In this document: positions 48,553-58,004 of the stretch, piece by piece
How the letters are laid out: each line of letters opens with the position of its first letter
Position numbering within the stretch: position 1 is the first letter of the stretch
Source: Candidatus Kaiserbacteria bacterium
GTDB taxonomy: Bacteria; Patescibacteriota; Minisyncoccia; Phycocordibacterales; UBA2100
Assembly (NCBI GenBank): GCA_028286865.1
Contig: JAQBQU010000010.1
Location: 6,143 to 70,142 of the forward strand
Length of the DNA: 64,000 nt
Direction of reading: 5' to 3'
Translations under genes and position numbers: made by a program
Notes under the pieces: generated by a model
The model's database searches: none
Told to the model about the DNA's origin: nothing
What the model saw: only the letters and a program-made list of their open reading frames with translations

Positions 48553-51381
48553 TTAGTGGGTCGCTGCCTTAGCTGCGATCAATGCTGCAAGCTGAGCCTG
48601 GAGCGTTGTGAGCTGAGCCGTGAGGCTCGCAACAAGCGCTGTGCGCTGTGCGTCAGTCATGGTCGTTGTCGTGCCGGCATTGAGTGCCGCACGAGTAAGC
48701 GGTCCGACAGTTCCTGTCTGAGAGATGCCGTGAGCCTTCTGCCACATCTTCACTGCCGAAGCCGTGAGAGAGCCATAGAAGCCTGTCGTCGAGGAGATCT
48801 TGAGATATCCCGCGTCGATGAGGATCTGCTGGAGAGCATTCACATCAGCACCCTTCGATCCGATCGTGAGATTGGTCGTGAAGTTGTATGTGCTTGCACC
48901 GAGAACCTGTCCGCCGTTGCCGGTCGAGACTGTTCCGGTAGTTCCTCCGGTCGTACCTGTAGTAGCGCCGGTAAGTGGAGCTGTGCCGGTCGATCCTGCG
49001 ACCGGTCCGTTACCACCACCTCCGCCTCCACCTCCGCCTGAGGAAACAGATGCTGCTGTTTCAGTGTAGACAGAGAAGACAGTGAAGTGCTTGGTCCAGA
49101 CGACGAGGTCGCCTGCTACGTCAGCCTTACAGTCAGCACCTGCTGCGAGATTCGCGTTTGCAGTTGCCTGATCGGTCACGCCGATGCTTGAGCAGGAGGT
49201 CGTGATCGGAGTTGTTAGGCCGTTGAACGACCATGCGATGAGCTTACCTGCTTGTCCTACGAATGTGAGCTTCGCAGCATTGGAGAGAGTGAGCTGGCTG
49301 GTAGGTGATCCTACTTCGATCGAGAGAACTGTTGAGGTCTGAGTGCTGTTGCTTGATGGTGGAACACCCTGCGTCGTTACAACAGTTACCGGCTCGATCG
49401 TTCCGTCCCAGGTATTGCTACCCGTTACGGTCGTGTTCGCAGGAACATCAGCCGTTACGGTAGTGCCGTTCGAGGTCGTAGAGCTGTCCGTGTTTGAAGA
49501 GCCGGTCGTTGCTGTCGTTGATGATGGGCTTGGCGATGTGGTCGTAAAGCCGAGACCCGTCATTGCCGCATCGCTGTACCAAGGAGAAACATTTATAACT
49601 GAACCCGAGATATTTGCCGCAGTTGGACCCGTGGTGTTCCCCCAGTAGTTATCGTCTGCCTTGAACGTGCCTGTCATGCCGGACTTGATCTTCAAGATCA
49701 CCTGATCAGTCGCCATGCTGAGGAACTTGTTCTGGTGCATGTCGACCGTGGAGCCGGTGAAATCTGGCTGATTGACCCAGGTGGTCGCACCGATAGCAGA
49801 GTAATACGTAGCACCAGTTGCATCGGACCAGATCTTATTGCCGGTGAACGTGTTGTTGTTCACTGCAACAGTCCAATTGCTGCCGAAGCTATCGAACGTT
49901 ACGCCTGAATTTGTGAACAAGTTGTTCGTAACGGTTCCTGTTCGCGCTGCCGTAGCACTATTGTTGTTGAAGTAGACACCGGAGCCGTACTTGCTGATGT
50001 CGTTGCCGGTCGAGCCATCCGGGTCAGAGTAGTTAGCAGCTGATGGAAGAATGCTTACTGGGATCGGAGCAAATTCGTTGTACTGAGCGGTAAAGTTATT
50101 GCCGAGCACTTCGATGCCCTTGTTCGGTGAAAGCTTGTTCATGACGCGAAGACCCTTGATCGTCACATTATCCGCAAAGACGGTGATGAGATTCTGGGTC
50201 GCCCATGCACCGTTTGCCGTCGGCTGTGTGCTGTAGATGTTAGCCGCGACATTCGCAGCGTCTGTGATCGGTGTCCCAGCAGCATCAACGCCCTGGAGCG
50301 TTACGCCGTTCTTGGTCAGAGCCAAATACCAACCGGTCTGTCCTTCGAGAACAGTCGTGTCATCTTTTACAAGATTGTAATTGCCCGGATATACCTTCAC
50401 GGTACCGTTTGCAGCAACTGCTTTCACAGCTGCCTCAAGGGTAGTGAATGCATCAACGCCAACGGTGTGGCCATCGGTTGTGGACGCGCCGATCGTCGAT
50501 GAGTAGGAACCGTTAACATAGACGGTCGCAGGAGCGACGGTCGTGGAGTTAGAGATTGAGAAATTGTCGAAGAGGAAACCGTTGCCAGTTACGCCGGTAG
50601 CGGAGTTCGAGCGGATGATGAGTGTCTTTACGATGCGTGGAGACTGTTCCGCACTGGCTTCGGCGTCGTAGCGGTAATAGTTCTCCCAGGAAGTCCCCGT
50701 CTTTTTAAGTACACCATCAATGAAGACCTGAACAACATCGTTAGACGCGCCGTCTACGGTATCAAGAGTCATCTTGATCGTGTGTGTTCCACGGTCGATC
50801 GTCGCAATATCGTTCATGTTGAACGTCGCGACGGTTGGCAATGGTCCGGCATCAGTTACATCGGAAAAGATGACATGTATGCCGTCTGCCTGATCTTCAA
50901 AGCGGAGGTAGCTCATGCGTGAACCGTCGCCGCGATCTGGAGATACAGAAAGAGTGAGACCGGATTGTACGGTTGGAAGTGTAGAGGCGATATCGAACTG
51001 TGCTTCAAAATGATTTGTTTTCGTGCCTACCGCAAAGGCCGCTGCTGTAGCCGATGTTTCCCCGACTGAGTCCGAGATAGGAGCAGCGAATATCTGGTCA
51101 CCGAATCCGCCGGTGCCGAATTCATTAGATACACGAAGTGCGATGCCGCGAACTCCTGAGCCAAGTGGTGATGCCGCGGCAAAACCGTACGTGCTTGAGT
51201 CAACAATGGCCTGATCATTTGAACCGGATGTCCAATTTTGCTGACCGTTTACAGAACCAGCGCTAAAGCTTTCGAAGTCCGCTGTCGAAGTGCTTGCCGA
51301 AGCAATACCTGCGAACGCGAAAACTGCGGTCATGACGACTGCGCTGATAATCGAACCCTTCAATACATTCTTACTATTCAT
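48553..51381 (-). CDS. Large secreted surface protein B, paralogue of A
   Basis: Near-identical signal peptide and similar C-terminal modules, different N-terminal and middle domains. Confidence 0.85.
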   Translation of the reverse strand: MNSKNVLKGSIISAVVMTAVFAFAGIASASTSTADFESFSAGSVNGQQNWTSGSNDQAIVDSSTYGFAAASPLGSGVRGIALRVSNEFGTGGFGDQIFAAPISDSVGETSATAAAFAVGTKTNHFEAQFDIASTLPTVQSGLTLSVSPDRGDGSRMSYLRFEDQADGIHVIFSDVTDAGPLPTVATFNMNDIATIDRGTHTIKMTLDTVDGASNDVVQVFIDGVLKKTGTSWENYYRYDAEASAEQSPRIVKTLIIRSNSATGVTGNGFLFDNFSISNSTTVAPATVYVNGSYSSTIGASTTDGHTVGVDAFTTLEAAVKAVAANGTVKVYPGNYNLVKDDTTVLEGQTGWYLALTKNGVTLQGVDAAGTPITDAANVAANIYSTQPTANGAWATQNLITVFADNVTIKGLRVMNKLSPNKGIEVLGNNFTAQYNEFAPIPVSILPSAANYSDPDGSTGNDISKYGSGVYFNNNSATAARTGTVTNNLFTNSGVTFDSFGSNWTVAVNNNTFTGNKIWSDATGATYYSAIGATTWVNQPDFTGSTVDMHQNKFLSMATDQVILKIKSGMTGTFKADDNYWGNTTGPTAANISGSVINVSPWYSDAAMTGLGFTTTSPSPSSTTATTGSSNTDSSTTSNGTTVTADVPANTTVTGSNTWDGTIEPVTVVTTQGVPPSSNSTQTSTVLSIEVGSPTSQLTLSNAAKLTFVGQAGKLIAWSFNGLTTPITTSCSSIGVTDQATANANLAAGADCKADVAGDLVVWTKHFTVFSVYTETAASVSSGGGGGGGGGNGPVAGSTGTAPLTGATTGTTGGTTGTVSTGNGGQVLGASTYNFTTNLTIGSKGADVNALQQILIDAGYLKISSTTGFYGSLTASAVKMWQKAHGISQTGTVGPLTRAALNAGTTTTMTDAQRTALVASLTAQLTTLQAQLAALIAAKAATH

Positions 51382-51775
51382 AATTCTTCTACTTTTCTAC
51401 TAAAACTTGATAAATAATTAAACGAGGGACATTCCCAAGTTGGAGGGTCTACAGTATTCCTTTACGCCGAAAGCGCAACTTTTTTGCTACGGCGAAGATC
51501 GGATGATGAACAGATGAATATGTGCAAACGATGGCTCATCGGCTCAGCGCCTTCACTTGACCGAGTGTCCTATAGAGTGTCCTATACAAAACCCAGTATT
51601 TCCGTGGTTTTCGGCCGGCCTTCCGGCTGCGCGTCATGAAGTCCTTTATCTCATGTGGTTCGCCGGGATGAGCCTGCGAATAGAAATCATGAAGGTATTC
51701 GATGCTTTGCGACACGCTTTTTTTACAGCGTCAAATCCGACGCTACGCGTATTCTGCGGAATTATTTTCCGGCGC

Positions 51776-52744
51776 TTACGCTGATCGGCGCGAAAGAATG
51801 TATGCGGATCCGGCGACGGCAAGCAATGCAGATAGTGCGAGGACGAGCGTATTTTCAGAAGCATGTCCCCCGCTGCCGGTATTGGGTGTCTTTGGATCTG
51901 CGATCGATGTCGTTACGGCTGGTGGAACAACAGGCAGGACCACAACAGGAGGAACTACCGGCGGCACCACTACCGGAGGTACCACTGGGGGGACAACAAC
52001 AGGCGGGACCACGGGAGGAACGACCGGCACGCATGAAGCAGGTGCCGATATCGTATCGTCCACATTGGTGGATACGATCCCGCTCGGGAGGAATACGCCG
52101 CCGGTCACTGCGACATTGGTGCGGATATCGAGGCGCGTCGTACCGATGATAGTTCCCGCGAATTTTGAATTTTCTCCGAGGGTCGAGGTGATGGCATTAT
52201 CAACCGGCGTCCAGAAGACGTCGCATGCTGATGCTCCGCTAGAGAGCGTGACGACCGAGCTTGATGCGGTCACGAGCGAGCGATTCAAGCGGAAGATGTA
52301 TGTTCCGCTTCCGCTGAGGGTGATCCCTGCCGTTCCTATCGTGACGCTCGGTGAGATCGACGGCACGCAGTACACGCCCGGCGTGTAGACGCCGAGGGCA
52401 CCGTGCAGTGTGTCAGTGGAGAGATCTACGGCGCCCGCAGGGAACGTGAATGTGCAGGGCTGAGTGTTCAGGGCAGTAAGTGCAGTATTGATATCGCTGA
52501 TAGCGGTCGTGAATGGTGCGCCTGACCCATAATTGGTGTGAGTACCCGACGGAATGACGGCCGGCCCCGTGATGAATCCGATATCCCCATTGACCGTTGT
52601 TCCCGGTACCGGATTATTGTATGTGCCGGCAAGGATACCGTACGTGGCGGCCGCTCCGTACGCGGGTGTGGTAGCTGCGGAGGCGGTAAAGGGGGCGAGG
52701 GCAAGTATCGAGAGGGTAAGCGCGGCGATGCTTCGTGATCTCAT
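51776..52744 (-). CDS. Ice-binding (DUF3494-like) protein with a Val/Pro repeat stalk and sortase-like anchor
   Basis: YGILAG, TTVNGDIG, YTPGVY, V.LSSGASACDVFW, FAGTII; VVPP repeats; TPNTG-TM-RR. Confidence 0.8.
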   Translation of the reverse strand: MRSRSIAALTLSILALAPFTASAATTPAYGAAATYGILAGTYNNPVPGTTVNGDIGFITGPAVIPSGTHTNYGSGAPFTTAISDINTALTALNTQPCTFTFPAGAVDLSTDTLHGALGVYTPGVYCVPSISPSVTIGTAGITLSGSGTYIFRLNRSLVTASSSVVTLSSGASACDVFWTPVDNAITSTLGENSKFAGTIIGTTRLDIRTNVAVTGGVFLPSGIVSTNVDDTISAPASCVPVVPPVVPPVVVPPVVPPVVVPPVVPPVVVLPVVPPAVTTSIADPKTPNTGSGGHASENTLVLALSALLAVAGSAYILSRRSA

Positions 52745-52835
52745 ATGTGTTTATTACGGAGTAAAACGGTAGGGGTCATTCCTCACGGGATTCTACTATC
52801 GGCCCATGCCTTTGCATAGCGCGTACCGCAAACGG

Positions 52836-54059
52836 TTATTTGTCGGCCAAACGACTGATAGAGACCATGTACGCTGCTTCGCGAAGCGAACATGAATTCT
52901 TGACCGCGGAGGCAAAGGTGGCTTCCGCCGCTGCGGTCATTTTTGCCTTAAGCTTTGAGAACACGTCGTCTTTCCCCCAGTTCTCATCGTTCATATTTTG
53001 GAACCATTCAAAGTACGAGACCGCGACACCTCCGGAATTGGCAAGGATATCCGGTATCACCATGATCCCCTTTTCGTTGAGGATGGCGTCGGCCTCAGGC
53101 GTGGTCGGGCCATTGGCCATTTCCACAATGGTCGTCGCACGGATGTCGTTCACATTGTCGATCGTTATTGAATTCTCGAGTGCCGCCGGTACCAGGATAT
53201 CGACGTCGAGCAGCATGACCGCGGAAGGATCAAGATATTCGGCACCCGGGAATCCTTCGAGCGAACGCGTCGCTTTCTTGTGCTTTTCTATCGCCTTAAT
53301 GTCTTTGATGCCCTGATTCATATAGAGCGTCCCCTTTGAATCCGAGACCGCCACGACTTTGCAGCCGAGCTCTATCGCGTATTCAGCAAAGTAGCTGCCC
53401 ACGTTGCCGAAGCCTTGTATCGCGACCGTTTTGCCTTTGAGCGATTCACCTTTGAGCTGCATGAGTGCTTCGAGTGCGAAGCTGCCGCCAAGCCCCGTGG
53501 CTTCGGTGCGTCCTTCAGAGCCGCCGTTGTCGAGCGATTTGCCGGTGACGACCGCGGGCGACTGCTTGCCTGCAATTTTTTCGTATTCGTCGCGTATCCA
53601 CATCATGATCTGACCGTTGGTGTTCACATCGGGCGCGGGCACATCGGTCGTAGGGCCGATCACCGGATAGAGCTTGCGGGCAAATTCGCGCGTGAGCCGC
53701 TCAAGCTCAGAAGCCGAGAGCTTCTTCGGGTCGACCGCGACGCCGCCCTTGCCGCCGCCGAACGGCACGTCGATGAGCGCATTCTTCATCGTCATCCAAA
53801 AAGAGAGCGCCTTTACCTCGCTCATGTCCACATCGGGGTGATATCGCAGCCCGCCCTTGTAGGGTCCGCGGATATTATTGTGTTGTACGCGAAAACCCGA
53901 GAAGACGCGCACTGAGCCGTCATCCATCGTGACGGGCAGCGACACCTCGACGATGCGGTCCGGCTGCGAGAGTCGCGCATGCAGGAACGCATCGAGAGAA
54001 AGCCGCTTTGATGCGAGTTCGAGCTGGCCTTGTGCTGTTTCCCACGGGTCGATCGCCAT
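52836..54059 (-). CDS. gdhA: Glu/Leu/Phe/Val dehydrogenase
   Basis: GPYKGGLRYHP, GGGKGG, DVPAPDV, GFGNVG. Confidence 0.93.
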   Translation of the reverse strand: MAIDPWETAQGQLELASKRLSLDAFLHARLSQPDRIVEVSLPVTMDDGSVRVFSGFRVQHNNIRGPYKGGLRYHPDVDMSEVKALSFWMTMKNALIDVPFGGGKGGVAVDPKKLSASELERLTREFARKLYPVIGPTTDVPAPDVNTNGQIMMWIRDEYEKIAGKQSPAVVTGKSLDNGGSEGRTEATGLGGSFALEALMQLKGESLKGKTVAIQGFGNVGSYFAEYAIELGCKVVAVSDSKGTLYMNQGIKDIKAIEKHKKATRSLEGFPGAEYLDPSAVMLLDVDILVPAALENSITIDNVNDIRATTIVEMANGPTTPEADAILNEKGIMVIPDILANSGGVAVSYFEWFQNMNDENWGKDDVFSKLKAKMTAAAEATFASAVKNSCSLREAAYMVSISRLADK

Positions 54060-54063
54060 ATGA

Positions 54064-55110
54064 CTATTCGGTGGGATGCGTATGCCGGTCGGAATACAGC
54101 GAAAGCAGCGCAATGAAAAGGCTCAGTGCCAAGGGGCCGAGAAAGACTCCGAGAGGTCCGAAGAATCCGATACCGCCGAGTGCCGAGAAAAGGACCAAGA
54201 GCGGATGGAGCGCCATTCCTTCGCTCATGAGGTAGGGGCCCAGGAAATTGTCGATGAGACCGACCGCAAGCGATGCCCAGATCGCGAGACCTATCGCCGG
54301 TGCGATGTGGCCGGTGAGAACGAGATACACGACGCCCGGAGCGAGCACCATCGCGGTGCCAAACGGCGGAATGAACGATGCCATAGCGGCGACAAGCCCC
54401 CACAAGACCGGATTGGCGATACCGAAGACGGCGAAGCCGATGCCGGCCAGAAATCCTTGTGCAAGTGCGACGATGATCTTCCCCTTCACGAGCGAATTGA
54501 TCGCCAGGTGCATGCGGTGCATGAGCGCATCATCGTCGGCGTTATCGAGCGGGCTGAGCTTGGTGATGAGGCGCTTGAGGCTCGCCCCGTCGCGGATGAG
54601 ATAGTAGAGAATGACAAAAAAGAGGAATGCATCGAACAGTACGCCCGCAACCCCCGAGAAGACAACTGCGAGATGCTGTATCACCCAGGCGAGCGCCGTC
54701 TGTGTATAGGTGCTCAAGGTCGCCGAAAATGCTTCAATGCGCGCCGTCGCGCCCGGAATATACCGCTCCAGCGAAGGGCCCATCGCTGCGATCTGTTGCT
54801 GGACGCTTGAATGGTCCGGAGACACGATAGTGGCATAGAGCTGCTGGGATTCTTTCAGGAGCTGAACACCCAGTATCACCGTCGGCACAAGAAGGACCAC
54901 GATGGAAATGAGCACTGTGCAGAGCGCCGCGAGCGAATCATGTTCCCCGAATGACGACCGAAGGCGTTGATAGACGGGCTGGAGTACCACTGCAAAAACC
55001 GCCGCCAGGAGCATCAGTCCCAAAAAGTCCTGAAGAATGAAGAATGAGACGACGCCCGTCACTGCGAGCAGCACCATCAGGAAGTATGTCTGGAATGTTC
55101 GCTGTGGCAT
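54064..55110 (-). CDS. AI-2E family transporter
   Basis: Multi-TM, IDNFLGP, HPLLVLFSALGG..FGPLG..LGP. Confidence 0.9.
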   Translation of the reverse strand: MPQRTFQTYFLMVLLAVTGVVSFFILQDFLGLMLLAAVFAVVLQPVYQRLRSSFGEHDSLAALCTVLISIVVLLVPTVILGVQLLKESQQLYATIVSPDHSSVQQQIAAMGPSLERYIPGATARIEAFSATLSTYTQTALAWVIQHLAVVFSGVAGVLFDAFLFFVILYYLIRDGASLKRLITKLSPLDNADDDALMHRMHLAINSLVKGKIIVALAQGFLAGIGFAVFGIANPVLWGLVAAMASFIPPFGTAMVLAPGVVYLVLTGHIAPAIGLAIWASLAVGLIDNFLGPYLMSEGMALHPLLVLFSALGGIGFFGPLGVFLGPLALSLFIALLSLYSDRHTHPTE

Positions 55111-55146
55111 GGTCTGAGTATACCCTACCGACCTAAAGAGAACATG

Positions 55147-56169
55147 TTACCAATCGCGAGGGTCTTCGGGCTCCTGCGGCTTGGCAGCAGCGGTGGCCGC
55201 GGCGTTGAGTTTATGGTCCTTTATCTCATTCAAAAGTTTCTTGATCGATGCCATATGCTCCGCATCAATGACCGAAAGCGGCTGGGCCTCGATGCCTGCC
55301 TTTTTCAAAAGCGCGAGCTTCTCCTTGAGTTCGGCCGCGTCCGCCATGTCGCTTTTTGAGAGGAATACGTATTCCTTTTTATGTGTAAGAGAATCGCTGT
55401 AGGCTTCGAGCTCGCCGCGTATCACTTTGTAATCGCGCACGACGTCGTCGGAATCAGCCGCGACGAGATGAAAGAGAGTGCCGGTGCGCTCGATGTGGCG
55501 AAGGAATTTGGTTCCGAGCCCCTTTCCGCCGGATGCACCTTCGATGAGCCCGGGGATGTCCGCCAAGATAAGCTCGTAATAGGCACCCAGGCTCGGCTCG
55601 AGTGTCGTGAAGGCGTAATTGGCGACCTTGCTCTGCGCACGGGTGAGCTCGTTAAGCAGCGATGACTTTCCCGCATTCGGAAGACCGACGAGACCGATAT
55701 CGGCGATGAGACGCAGCTCGAAACGGAACTGTATTCGGTCTCCCGGGAGCCCCGTCTGGAACTCAAGCGGGGTCGTATTGATGGCTGAGCGATATTTGAA
55801 ATTACCCTTGCCTCCCATGCCGCCGCCGGCCAGAAGGATGCGCTGGCCTACATCGGTGAGTTCCTGCACATAGCCATTATGGAGATTCGTGATGCGGGTC
55901 CCCGCAGGTATCTTGATCACCAGGTCCTCGCCGCGTTTGCCGTCGAGATTCTTCCCGCGACCGTCGCGACCGTTGTCGGCATGCACTTCTCGGCGCGACG
56001 CGTAGTTGGCGAGCGCGTTGATATCCGAAATGCCTTCGGCATACACATTGCCGCCGCTCCCGCCGTCGCCGCCGGTCGGACCCTTCACGAGCCGCACCTT
56101 ACTGAAGGCCACGGCTCCCTTGCCGCCGTTACCTCCGGCGACCTCTAACTGAATGTCATCGATTAACAT
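55147..56169 (-). CDS. obg: GTPase Obg/CgtA
   Basis: Gly-rich Obg fold, GLPNAGKSS, YAFTT, DIPGLIEGA. Confidence 0.95.
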   Translation of the reverse strand: MLIDDIQLEVAGGNGGKGAVAFSKVRLVKGPTGGDGGSGGNVYAEGISDINALANYASRREVHADNGRDGRGKNLDGKRGEDLVIKIPAGTRITNLHNGYVQELTDVGQRILLAGGGMGGKGNFKYRSAINTTPLEFQTGLPGDRIQFRFELRLIADIGLVGLPNAGKSSLLNELTRAQSKVANYAFTTLEPSLGAYYELILADIPGLIEGASGGKGLGTKFLRHIERTGTLFHLVAADSDDVVRDYKVIRGELEAYSDSLTHKKEYVFLSKSDMADAAELKEKLALLKKAGIEAQPLSVIDAEHMASIKKLLNEIKDHKLNAAATAAAKPQEPEDPRDW

Positions 56170-56233
56170 TCGTGCATGCTAACACAGTCCGCTTTTTCTT
56201 GCCGAGAATGTCGCAGCCGGGAAAGATGATCAT

Positions 56234-56268
56234 AAAAAAACGGCCCCGAGCTTTCGCTCGAGGCCGTT
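56234..56268 (-). terminator. Intrinsic terminator
   Basis: Hairpin with a T7 tail on the minus strand. Confidence 0.8.
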
Positions 56269-56288
56269 CATATTCGTCCGGACAAAGA

Positions 56289-57842
56289 TCAGGCTTTGGA
56301 GAAGTTCTTGCAGACCCGCTGCTTCAGCGCAATGAACTTGAAGCGGATCGTACGCGGCCTGAACGGCAACTGCTTGACGTCGGGCGTACGCGGCCCGGTC
56401 GTCGTACAGATCAGTTCGCGCACTTCTCTTTCCACGGCATCTTGGCGGATACGCTCACGCGCTGCCTGCTCTTCTCGGTGGCGAGCCCATTTCTCGGCTC
56501 TGGCCCGTGATTTCTTTTCTTTCGAGCGCTCGCTCGATTCGTTGATCATCGCGCCCAAGCGGTCGAGCTTCTCTTCCCATTTGATGCCTTCTGCCCAATA
56601 CAGGGCATATCCGAGAATAGCACCTAATGAGATCACGAACCCGAGGGAAACAGAAGTGTGGATCAGGAAGGTCCGCACGTCCGCCGCGTTTATGGTCGCC
56701 GTGCCGAACGACACCTCACCTCGATATACGTTGTAGAGGGCCACAGCGAGAACGACCGCGATCCACAACATCGGACTGAACACGAGCGGCACAATGAAAT
56801 GTCGCCCGTCCTTTCTCGTTACATATCGCGATTCACCGAGGTTGGCCCAAATATATCGGATCGGGATCTCGTAGGGATCATGCAGGAACGTTCTGAACGC
56901 GATGCCGCTCATGCCGGCCCCCCAGAGGGCAAGTGCCGCGATCGCGCCGATGATCAGTTTGATCAGGGCAAGGATCGCAATGTACGGCATGCGTACGATC
57001 TGCAACGGGTAGACGAAAGCGCGGCGCCAGCGGTATTTGCATTCATTCTTCGGTTTCTTCTTGAAGAACTGATTGACGAATGCGTAGTCGGCCGGCTGAG
57101 CAGCGAACAAACCGGCCGGTATCTCGAGATCCACGCTCCCGGTACCGAGCGCATAACCCGCCCATTGGAGACAGTCCCCGAAATGGGAGATCACGGTCGT
57201 ACTGTACTTGCCGTTCGATTCCGCAAGATACGTGTCCTCCGGATTGCCGCCGGAGACCACCATAGCGACAAGCCGATGCGTTCCCGACGAGTCGAATGAT
57301 ATGACGGCCATCGGATCGTCGAGTTCTGCGATCAGTCGCTTTTCATCGGCGACCGGGTTTTCCTTATCCCCGGTCAATCGAAAATGTACCAACAGAAGTC
57401 TCGTCCTCTCACGCTCGTTGACGATCTTGTCACGAACTTTTGCTGCCAGTGCCGCATCAATGCACCACGTAACGAATACGTTGGCGTCGTCGAGCTGTTC
57501 CTGGTTGAAGCCGATCTGCACGCCGCCCTCCGTCATGCCGCGTAAGCGACTATCGGAAGTTTCGGTCGCATTGAAGGCACGGAAGCATCGTTCGCGCCGT
57601 GTATCGGGCTCGGCGCGAAAGAGAACTTTCATTCCGACACGGAGCGGACGATCGGTATTGTCCTGATGAATGAAGATTCCTTCGTCGGGCGGACCATCGT
57701 ATGGAGGAGTACCTTCTTCCGGTTCGAGGGTCCTTTGGTCGATGAAGCCGTGGGGAAAATGTCCGTCGGCCTTAACGGATCGAACGGCACCTTTGTACCA
57801 ACGTTCGACTGGCGGAGACGCGATCGTGAGATCTTGGGTCAT
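56289..57842 (-). CDS. Hypothetical membrane protein with an N-terminal cold-shock-like domain
   Basis: KGAVRSV..HGFI..GIFIH..VGMKVLF..RAFN; several TM helices; TAGACA-N17-CACTAT promoter (57958-57986). Confidence 0.7.
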   Translation of the reverse strand: MTQDLTIASPPVERWYKGAVRSVKADGHFPHGFIDQRTLEPEEGTPPYDGPPDEGIFIHQDNTDRPLRVGMKVLFRAEPDTRRERCFRAFNATETSDSRLRGMTEGGVQIGFNQEQLDDANVFVTWCIDAALAAKVRDKIVNERERTRLLLVHFRLTGDKENPVADEKRLIAELDDPMAVISFDSSGTHRLVAMVVSGGNPEDTYLAESNGKYSTTVISHFGDCLQWAGYALGTGSVDLEIPAGLFAAQPADYAFVNQFFKKKPKNECKYRWRRAFVYPLQIVRMPYIAILALIKLIIGAIAALALWGAGMSGIAFRTFLHDPYEIPIRYIWANLGESRYVTRKDGRHFIVPLVFSPMLWIAVVLAVALYNVYRGEVSFGTATINAADVRTFLIHTSVSLGFVISLGAILGYALYWAEGIKWEEKLDRLGAMINESSERSKEKKSRARAEKWARHREEQAARERIRQDAVEREVRELICTTTGPRTPDVKQLPFRPRTIRFKFIALKQRVCKNFSKA

Positions 57843-58004
57843 TTTCAGAGTCCTACCTGGGTAGCAGGAGCCAATATCTTTGTGAAGGAACTACCCTTTC
57901 CTTCAGATATCCTTCGAATCCCCTGGGACGCGGAGGTGACTAAAGAAAAGGAATTGCATAGTGCCACGCACCTGCGAATCTGTCTACCTAGCAGTGAGAG
58001 CGGT

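Noticed and set aside
51490..51520. Additional TTCA-repeat site upstream of surface protein B
   Set aside because: The 11-bp periodic half-sites are degenerate and no -10 box lies at the N12 spacing
45960..52035. Short tandem repeats as a CRISPR or other non-coding array
   Set aside because: They are degenerate, in-frame coding linkers with no repeat-spacer structure and no cas genes
51702..52388. 228-aa plus-strand ORF with TTGG repeats
   Set aside because: Antisense of the ice-binding gene, which has a signal peptide, domain motifs and an anchor
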